Positions 9,234-16,018 of a stretch of DNA of 32,000 bases are shown piece by piece. This DNA comes from an uncultured Chloroflexia bacterium (GTDB lineage: Bacteria; Chloroflexota; Anaerolineae; Anaerolineales; Anaerolineaceae): contig OY969938.1 of assembly GCA_963704755.1 (NCBI GenBank), positions 2,130,001-2,162,000 of the forward strand. The letters are read 5' to 3'. The position numbers and the translations under genes are program-made. The notes beneath the pieces are model-generated. The model had not been told where the DNA came from. It did no database searches and was given only the letters and a program-made list of their open reading frames with translations. Position 1 is the stretch's first letter; each line of letters opens with the position of its first letter.

Positions 9234-9671
9234 ATGAAGAAAAATCGCTGGATTTACTTGCTCGTAGTCGCCTTATTGGTCCTACCCGTATTAGCCGCTT
9301 GCAGCGGCGGCGGCAGCGGTGGCAGCAGTGGTGGTCAGAGCATCAACGTCACGATGACCACCTACAAATTCACTTTGTCGAAAGACAGCGCATCCGCCGG
9401 GACGGTGGTGTTCCACCTCAAGAATGCCGCCACCGACGTGCCGCACCAGTTCACCATTGTCAAAACCGACCTGGATGCGTCCAAACTGCCCACCGACGCC
9501 AATGGCAACGTGGACATAAGCCAGTTGGATTCCGTCGGCGCTTCCCAGCAAATCCAACCTGGGGACAGTGCAGACCTGTCGGTAGATCTCACCGCCGGCC
9601 ACTACGACATCTTCTGCGACGTTGCCGGCCATTATATGGCGGGTATGTACGCCGACTTTACTGTAAATTAG
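9234..9671 (+). CDS. Type-1 (blue) copper protein, auracyanin/azurin-like cupredoxin, lipoprotein-anchored
   Basis: Signal peptide with lipobox VLAAC and a Gly/Ser linker. The upstream His ligand is in VPHQF. The C-terminal ligand loop is FCDVAGHYMAGM (C-x4-H-x4-M). SD AAGGAAG lies upstream. Confidence 0.8.
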   Translation: MKKNRWIYLLVVALLVLPVLAACSGGGSGGSSGGQSINVTMTTYKFTLSKDSASAGTVVFHLKNAATDVPHQFTIVKTDLDASKLPTDANGNVDISQLDSVGASQQIQPGDSADLSVDLTAGHYDIFCDVAGHYMAGMYADFTVN

Positions 9672-9688
9672 TGGTATAAGGTTACGGT

Positions 9689-9721
9689 CCTCTTTCAGGG
9701 CCGGTATGGCCCTGAAAGAGG
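9689..9721 (+). terminator. Perfect 14-bp hairpin 18 nt after the cupredoxin stop (terminator-like, no clear U-tract)
   Basis: cctctttcagggcc (9689-9702), loop ggtat, ggccctgaaagagg (9708-9721). Confidence 0.4.
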
Positions 9722-10034
9722 AATTGGAAAAGACAGCCCCTGAAGGAAATTTTTACGGAACCTTTATCCTCTCGCCAAACCATCCGTAGTAGAATGTGGT
9801 TATCACAATAGTAACTGCCCATCACCAACCGAACTTCTTGCATAAGCGCGCATAGTTACTCGTGAAGATGAAAGTTACAAGCCAGCCGGGAAACGTGACA
9901 TCCCCGGCTGGCGTTTAATCTACCGCAAGCGCATTGTCGAAATGCCGGTTATTCATAGAGAAGTCTAAAGAATCCTGGCAACGCAAACATGATAAACTGA
10001 TCCCAGGCGTGCGAACCAGGCGACCTACTTTTCA

Positions 10035-11918
10035 ATGCCCTATATCTGGAGGAAAACCCTGAAAAGGCCGGTTGTTCTGCTCATTTTCTGGCTATTTTTT
10101 TGTGGGCTGGTGGCAGCCGCAATTCCGGCCGCCTCGCCTGCCCTGGCCCAGGATGAGCAGCCTCCGGAAGGTTACAAACGCCTGACGACTTTGAACGTTT
10201 CCTACACTGCCTACCAGTGGTGGTTGGTCCGCTGGAAGGGCAATGACATAACCTGCCAGTTTACCGTCGACCATGACGGGCTGCCGATCGCGGATGAGAT
10301 CAAAACCTGGTGCGGACCCAGCCTGTACAACGAATGGAAAGCCACCCAACCTTGCAGCCTGGACAGCCAGAATTGTCCGGGCCTGTATCTGTACCTCTAT
10401 TCCAGCAGCCCGGCTGAAAAAGAAGTCCAGGTGGAGCTGCCGCTGCCCAGCGTATGGGTATCCATCAGCGGCTGTTCGCCCCAGCCGCCTGATAACCGCT
10501 GCGATAGCCCCCCCGAGCTGCAATTGACCGGCGAGGAGCCCTTGCCGAACGAAGTTATTATCAGCATCCAGGGCACTGCCAACGGCGAACCCTTCGTCTG
10601 TAACGGGGATAGCTGCGCGATTCCCCTGGCTCCTACCGGCCAGCAGGGCATCACGGTCGAATTCTGGGCCGAATCCAGCTTTGGCGACGAAAGCCCGCAC
10701 TTTACCGCCCAGGTACGCGTAACCGCCCAGGGTGACTTCATGTCTCCCGAAGGTTCGTCTTCCGACTCACCGGTCTATTATGTGGATGTACTCAGCGACC
10801 AGTGGCGCGGTGCGCCGCTGGCAAGCTGTTCCGATACCTGGCAGGCCTTTCCAGACGTGGGCGGCCCGCCAGCCTGGCTCACCACGCCGCCTACGGCGGA
10901 CAATTTATATTCGGCCAACACCCTTTATTACCTGGCCGGTATGCTGATCAGCAATGGCGATGTGGATGCCAGCGCCTGTGCCGATGGCGGCCTGGACAGC
11001 AGCCGGGTTGCCAGCACCTGCGGCCTGCAAGTCGCTCAAGACCAGGTAACCGCATGGCAAAACAAGTTCGACAACGATATCTTTCAGGCTGCACAGGATA
11101 CCGGTGTGCCGGCCCAACTTCTCAAGAATATTTTCAACCGCGAGAGCCAGTTCTGGCCGGGTATCTACCAGAGCTACAAGGAAGCCGGCCTGGGTCAATT
11201 GACTGAAAATGGCGCCGATACCATCCTGCTCTGGAACCCGGATTTCTTCAACCAGTTCTGCCCGCTGCTGCTCCAGCAGGACCGCTGCGACCTGGGCTTT
11301 GGCAACCTCAGCGTTAATGAACAGGCCTTATTGCGCGGCGGGCTGGTCAGCAAGGTCAACGCCACCTGCGAAGATTGCGCCACCGGCATTGACCTGACCC
11401 AGGCCAGTTTCAGCGTTAAAGTCTTCGCCGAAGGGCTGAAAGGCAACTGCGAACAGGTTGGCCGGATCATCACCAATGTGACCAGCGAATATCCCGGCCA
11501 GCTTTCCACCTATTCCGACCTGTGGAAATTTACCCTGGTTAACTACAATGCCGGGCCAGGCTGTCTGGCCAATGCCATCCAGACCACTTACAGCCAGGGC
11601 AAGCCCCTGGATTGGGACAGCGTGACAGGCAACCTGGAAGAAGCCTGCCAGGGAGCCATCCAGTACGTGGACGATATCAGCTCGATGGTGCCTGAGGTAC
11701 AGCCCACGCCTACCTCGTGGGTCTTCCCGGGGCAAACCCCGGCCTCGCCGGGGGTCAGCCCTACCTCGCCGCCTGGCGTCACGTCTACACCCGGCCCCAC
11801 GGCCACCCCATCCCCCACCAGCCAGGGCTATCCCGCCGTGACCCAGCCGGCCACGCCCACACCGGAAGGCTACCCGGCCGTTCCCACCCTCAGCGAGCCG
11901 ACCTATTCCTACCCATAG
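10035..11918 (+). CDS. Secreted protein with a family-1 lytic transglycosylase (SLT) domain, a Cys-rich N-terminal region and a Pro/Thr-rich C-terminal tail
   Basis: Signal peptide ending ASPALAQ. SLT signature triad: NRESQFWPG (catalytic E-S), GLGQLTE, LVNYNAGPG. The tail is PTSPPGVTSTPGPTATPSPT. Confidence 0.75.
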   Translation: MPYIWRKTLKRPVVLLIFWLFFCGLVAAAIPAASPALAQDEQPPEGYKRLTTLNVSYTAYQWWLVRWKGNDITCQFTVDHDGLPIADEIKTWCGPSLYNEWKATQPCSLDSQNCPGLYLYLYSSSPAEKEVQVELPLPSVWVSISGCSPQPPDNRCDSPPELQLTGEEPLPNEVIISIQGTANGEPFVCNGDSCAIPLAPTGQQGITVEFWAESSFGDESPHFTAQVRVTAQGDFMSPEGSSSDSPVYYVDVLSDQWRGAPLASCSDTWQAFPDVGGPPAWLTTPPTADNLYSANTLYYLAGMLISNGDVDASACADGGLDSSRVASTCGLQVAQDQVTAWQNKFDNDIFQAAQDTGVPAQLLKNIFNRESQFWPGIYQSYKEAGLGQLTENGADTILLWNPDFFNQFCPLLLQQDRCDLGFGNLSVNEQALLRGGLVSKVNATCEDCATGIDLTQASFSVKVFAEGLKGNCEQVGRIITNVTSEYPGQLSTYSDLWKFTLVNYNAGPGCLANAIQTTYSQGKPLDWDSVTGNLEEACQGAIQYVDDISSMVPEVQPTPTSWVFPGQTPASPGVSPTSPPGVTSTPGPTATPSPTSQGYPAVTQPATPTPEGYPAVPTLSEPTYSYP

Positions 11919-13512
11919 CGCCAATCCATGCCGCAGCCTGGCTTTCCAAGCCGGGAAAACGCTTGGCTTGAGTATCTCCGCGGTTGGCCCAACCGGCAGC
12001 TAAAGCTGCACCTACGAATACACAAAGACCCATCTGCGTGGGTCCCCCTTTTGGCGAGGCCTGATTCCGAAGGCCGAATTCTCGCATTGTCGGCATTTTC
12101 TCAGGTTGGAATCCGGCGCTTTGACGTCCGACCTGTTGGGTGCGTTTCCAACGCACCAAAACGCTTGGCAATCATGCCTTCCGGATTGGATGGAAATGCT
12201 GCCAAACGGGTTTTGTTACCCAGAGTTTGCCCTTAATCAAACAAAATGGTGCGTTATCAACGCACCCTACATAAACGCCCATCCGGCCTCGTAGCCCGGC
12301 TTTCCAAGCCGGGAAAACGCTTGGCTTGAGTATCTCCGTGGTTGGCCCAACCGGCAGCTAAAGCTTCACCTACGAATACACAAAGACCCATCTGCGTGGG
12401 TCTCACTCTTGGCGAGGCTTGATTCCGAAGGCCGAATTCTCGCATAGCCGGCATTTTCTAAGGTTGGAATCCGGCGCTTCGACGTCCGACCTGTAGGGTG
12501 CGTTTCCAACGCACCAAAACGCTTGGCAATCATGCCTTCCGGGTTGGATGGAAATGCTGCCAAACGGGTTTTGCTACCCGGAGTTTGCCCTTAATCAAAC
12601 AAAATGGTGCGTTATCAACGCACCCTACATAAACGCCCATCCGGCCTCGTAGCCCGGCTTTCCAAGCCGGGAAAACGCCTGGCATGAGCATCTCCGCGGT
12701 TGGCCCAACCGGCAGCTAAAGCTGCACCTACGAATACACAAAGACCCACCTGCGTGGGTCTCACTTTTGGCGAGGCCTGATTCCGAAGGCCGAATTCTCG
12801 CATAGCCGGAATTTTCTTAGGTTGGAAACCGGCGCTTCGACGTCCGACCTGTAGGGTGCGTTTCCAACGCACCAAAACGCTTGGCAATCATGCCTTCTGG
12901 ATTGGATGGAAATGCTGCCAAACGGGTTTTGCTACCCGGAGTTTGCCCTTAATCAAACAAAATGGTGCGTTATCAACGCACCCTACATAAACGCTCATCC
13001 GGCCTCGTAGCCTGGCTTTCACAGCCGGGAAAACGTTTGGCTTGGGCATCTCCGTGGCCAGCCCAACCGGCAGCTAAAGCTGCACCTACGAATACACAAA
13101 GACCCACCTGCGTGGGTATCCCTTTTGGCGAGGCTTGATTCCGAAGGCCGAATTCTCGCATAGCCGGCATTTTCTAAGGTTGGAATCCGGCGCTTCGACG
13201 TCCGACCTGTAGGGTGCGTTTCCAACGCACCAAAACGCTTGGCAATCATGCCTTCTGGATTGGATGGAAATGCTGCCAAACGGGTTTTGCTACCCGGAGT
13301 TTGCCCTTAATCAAACAAAATGGTGCGTTATCAACGCACCCTACATAAACGCTCATCCGGCCTCGTAGCCTGGCTTTCACAGCCGGGAAAACGCTTGGCT
13401 TGAGTATCTCCGCGGTTGGCCCAACCGGCAGCTAAAGCTGCACCTACGAATACACAAAGACCCACCTGCGTGGGTCTCACTCTTAAGCCAGGCCTGATTC
13501 CGCAGCCAGAAC
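11911..13512. repeat. Tandem array of about 4.5 copies of a 358-bp hairpin-rich non-coding unit
   Basis: The phase marker gctttc(c/a) occurs at 11941, 12299, 12657, 13015 and 13373, exactly 358 bp apart each time. Copies 2 and 3 differ by 15 substitutions and no indels (hand alignment). The left edge overlaps the stop codon of the SLT-domain gene. The fifth copy decays at about 13510. Confidence 0.92.
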
Positions 13513-13527
13513 CTGGCCTGCAAACAA

Positions 13528-13585
13528 CTCCCTCTCCCGGCGGCCAAGGCCGGTTTGGATCAGCGTATCACGCTGGGAGAGGGAG
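13528..13585. other. Long-range hairpin: 11-bp perfect stem enclosing 36 nt with internal mini-hairpins
   Basis: ctccctctccc (13528-13538) pairs with gggagagggag (13575-13585). Inside are ggcc-aa-ggcc and agcgt-atc-acgct. It lies between the repeat array and the 3' end of the minus-strand E2-like gene. Confidence 0.5.
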
Positions 13586-13602
13586 AAGAAATTCAGATGA
13601 GA

Positions 13603-13617
13603 GGGGCCAGAGGCCCC
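13603..13617 (-). terminator. Short GC hairpin just downstream of the E2-like gene stop (weak terminator candidate)
   Basis: ggggcc-aga-ggcccc. On the minus strand it is followed by TCTCATCTGAATTTCTTC. Confidence 0.35.
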
Positions 13618-13629
13618 GTTAAAGCCCGG

Positions 13630-14583
13630 TTACCAGGTTCGAATCACACCCGGTTCTGCGAAAATTTCATCCAGGCGCTTCAAGAATGGAATAAGAACGT
13701 TGAAATCGACGGCCCGGTGATCAAAAGCCAGACACATCGGAATGACTTTACGGATGCCGATCTCTTTTTGACCCCGGTCGTTTACGAATACCCCCGGTTT
13801 TTCCTGGATCGCGCCTAATCCAATCGCGAATATTTGCGGCGGGATAATTTCAAGTATGCCGAAGGCCCCTTTTTGTTCTTTGTACAGCGACCCGATGTTC
13901 GATACGGTCACCGTGCCCTGGGTGAGGTTCTCGGCGGGTAATCGATCTTCCGAGGGTATTCGATAATAGTCCCGTCTGTCCTGGCCCGTCAGCTTTTTTA
14001 TTCGATGAATACCTAATTCGACGGCAAAAACTCTGCGAAGTACATCCAGATGGAATTTCTTGAGTTCATCGAGCGTATCTTTCCGGGCGGCTTGATACAG
14101 CATTTCATCGATGTTGGTATTTTTTATTTTTCCGCCTAACGCTGCGATTGCATTGGAAAGTTCATCGACGGTCATCGCTTCTGTATTGGAAAGCACGGGG
14201 GTAATCAATCTTCCATCCGGTAACAGCCAGGGGATAGAAATGTTGATCTGGGTGCTTATGGTTAGGGTCCCTTCCCCTTTGACGTGGTTATATTGGATCC
14301 GCGAGTTCAATTTCGGGGACGTTTTGAGTCCTTCGATGATCACCCGCAGCATGATGGTGTTGATAGAGATTCTATGGTCTTGCTCGGTTTTAGTCTCGGC
14401 CAGGCCATTGAATTCTTCGATAAATTTGGTCACGTCCGGTTCGTACAAATAAGTCACATGAGGAATGTTCTTCCATGACTCTGAGGTCATATGGGAAACG
14501 ACTCTGCGTTGCAAATCAAAAAAACCGACCGGTTCCGATCGCGTATTTGGCTCGGCCATAATTTTATCCTCGGGTAGTGACAT
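13630..14583 (-). CDS. 2-oxoacid dehydrogenase E2-type acyltransferase, catalytic domain only (no lipoyl or E3-binding domain)
   Basis: The C-terminal active-site motif is LAFDHRAVDF (DHRxxDG-like), with E2/CAT-fold length. ATG at 14583 has GGAAAA upstream. Only about 115 bp lie upstream, so a lipoyl domain does not fit. The composition is visibly more A/T-rich than the neighbours. Confidence 0.75.
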   Translation of the reverse strand: MSLPEDKIMAEPNTRSEPVGFFDLQRRVVSHMTSESWKNIPHVTYLYEPDVTKFIEEFNGLAETKTEQDHRISINTIMLRVIIEGLKTSPKLNSRIQYNHVKGEGTLTISTQINISIPWLLPDGRLITPVLSNTEAMTVDELSNAIAALGGKIKNTNIDEMLYQAARKDTLDELKKFHLDVLRRVFAVELGIHRIKKLTGQDRRDYYRIPSEDRLPAENLTQGTVTVSNIGSLYKEQKGAFGILEIIPPQIFAIGLGAIQEKPGVFVNDRGQKEIGIRKVIPMCLAFDHRAVDFNVLIPFLKRLDEIFAEPGVIRTW

Positions 14584-14698
14584 ATTTTCCTTAGCAGCCC
14601 CTGCAAGAACGCAAAAACCCACCTTCCGGGTCTCTTTTTTCGGCCCGGTACAGGCCAGGTTTCGTGTTTTCGTTGCCTTGCCCCTGGTCGGCCCTTTT

Positions 14699-15244
14699 CT
14701 AGCAGGCCGAATTAGCCGTATACAACTCCGGGTTTTTGAAGGGGATCAGCGCCAGCAGCACGGCCTGCTCGTACAGCCCGGCCCGGTCGAGCGCGTCGCC
14801 GGTCAGCAGGCCGACCGCGCCGTTGGCCTGTTTGGAATTGGAGCGCCCAAAGACGATATCATCCGCTTCGCCCAGCTCGCGGCCATCGCGCACCAGTTGC
14901 GCCACCGGGTGGGGCAGGTAAAAGGCACCGCTGCGCGCCTTGCCGCAGCGCGAGCCATCCAGCACGACTACCCAGGCGAAGGCGCACATTTCGCCATCCA
15001 GGTCGTCGATGCCGCCTTCGATGCCCAGCCAATATTCCGCCTCTGGCATGCGCTCTCGGGCGCCGCAGGCCCGGTTATAGGCCCCCTGCAAGGTCTCATT
15101 ATCGCCGACCGGCTGGTCGGATACCCCAGAAGGTACGGTAGCGGGCTGAACGGTCACGGCTTGCCCGGGAAACATTTTTTCGAAACCGCTGCGCGCGGAC
15201 TGAATTTTAACAGGATTGGTAGATGACACGACAATATTAATCAT
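14699..15244 (-). CDS. yjjX: Inosine/xanthosine triphosphatase (YjjX-family non-canonical purine NTP phosphatase)
   Basis: MINIVVSSTNPVKIQSA...VSDQPVGDNETLQGAYNRA...YWLGIEGGI...LYEQAVLLALIPF aligns along its whole length with my memory of E. coli YjjX. Start taken at ATG 15244, internal to the track ORF. Confidence 0.8.
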   Translation of the reverse strand: MINIVVSSTNPVKIQSARSGFEKMFPGQAVTVQPATVPSGVSDQPVGDNETLQGAYNRACGARERMPEAEYWLGIEGGIDDLDGEMCAFAWVVVLDGSRCGKARSGAFYLPHPVAQLVRDGRELGEADDIVFGRSNSKQANGAVGLLTGDALDRAGLYEQAVLLALIPFKNPELYTANSAC

Positions 15245-15263
15245 AGGGGTCAATTGTACCGCC

Positions 15264-15893
15264 TCAGGCCGCAAAAATAAACACGCCGGCGCAAAAAGAG
15301 ACCCGTACAAATTCTGCCGGCAGGCCGGCCTTGGCCAGCCCGGCCAGAGACTGGTCCACGATCCAGTACTCTTCCTGTTCCCATTCGTCGCCCAGGCTGC
15401 CGGCGAGGGCCTTCTCGCCGGCCTGGTCCGGGAAAGCGATGTCGCCGATCAGCAGGCGCCCACCCGGGTTCAAGTGCTGCCTTATCAATGGTGTGATCAG
15501 GCCAATTTTTTCCGCCAACGAGAAGTGATGGAACACGTAAGCTGAGACGATACAGTCGAAGCGCCGGTCCAGTTCGGGCGGCCAGGCGCCTTGCAGGTCA
15601 GCCTGGACCAGCCGCGCGGACGGTAATTTGGTCCGTGCCCGTGCCAGCATTTCGCCCGAAAAATCCAGTCCCCACAGATCGCAGCCCTGGGCTGCAAAAA
15701 GAAGGGCCAGGTTGCCAGTCCCCACGCCCACATCCAGTACCGCCGACCCCGGCCCGGCGCCGGAGCGGGTGAAAATCTCGCTCAAGACGCGCGCATAGCC
15801 CTCGAACGGGAAACCCGTTCCCGAGCCGACAGTTTTATCATATGTGGCGGCCCACTCATCGAATTCTGCCGCAGGAAAGCGCTTGGACGCCAA
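15264..15893 (-). CDS. Class I SAM-dependent methyltransferase
   Basis: Motif I VLDVGVGTGNLA, post-I GLDFSGEML, and motif II-like DCIVSAYVFHH. TTG start with AAAGGAAA upstream. Confidence 0.85.
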   Translation of the reverse strand: MASKRFPAAEFDEWAATYDKTVGSGTGFPFEGYARVLSEIFTRSGAGPGSAVLDVGVGTGNLALLFAAQGCDLWGLDFSGEMLARARTKLPSARLVQADLQGAWPPELDRRFDCIVSAYVFHHFSLAEKIGLITPLIRQHLNPGGRLLIGDIAFPDQAGEKALAGSLGDEWEQEEYWIVDQSLAGLAKAGLPAEFVRVSFCAGVFIFAA

Positions 15894-16018
15894 TCTTTAA
15901 TTTCCTTTCGTAACTACTCAGGTTAAGGTTAAATAGTCGTCCAATTCGAGGCGTTGTGCGGGTGCGAAGGAACTCGAACTGAAAGTTTTTTCTCACCCGG
16001 CGGAGCAGCTACCTCTCT

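Noticed and set aside
9722-10034. Cyclic-di-AMP (ydaO-type) riboswitch upstream of the cell-wall hydrolase gene, and the 10-bp hairpin at 9881-9912.
   Set aside because: None of the conserved ydaO segments I remember (GGGGACCCA, ACCCGAA...CAGCUAACC) is present. The hairpin gccagccggg/cccggctggc is real, but it has no U-tract and no obvious function.
11890-13279. Short ORFs of 62-102 aa on both strands inside the 358-bp repeats, for example MPSVLVRWKRT... and MAAFPSNPEGMIAKRF...
   Set aside because: The unit length is not divisible by 3, so the frame rotates between copies. ORF boundaries differ from copy to copy. There are no SD sequences. Substitutions show no third-position bias that I can see.
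11911-13512. CRISPR array.
   Set aside because: The whole 358-bp period is repeated with no unique spacers. The period is far longer than repeat+spacer units. No cas genes are in the window.
11911-13512. Hammerhead-type self-cleaving ribozyme in each unit, which would support a rolling-circle or viroid-like origin.
   Set aside because: I looked by eye for the CUGAUGA...GAAA core on both strands and did not find it. CTGATTCCGAAGGCCGAA is only superficially similar. Other ribozyme classes cannot be excluded without covariance-model searches.
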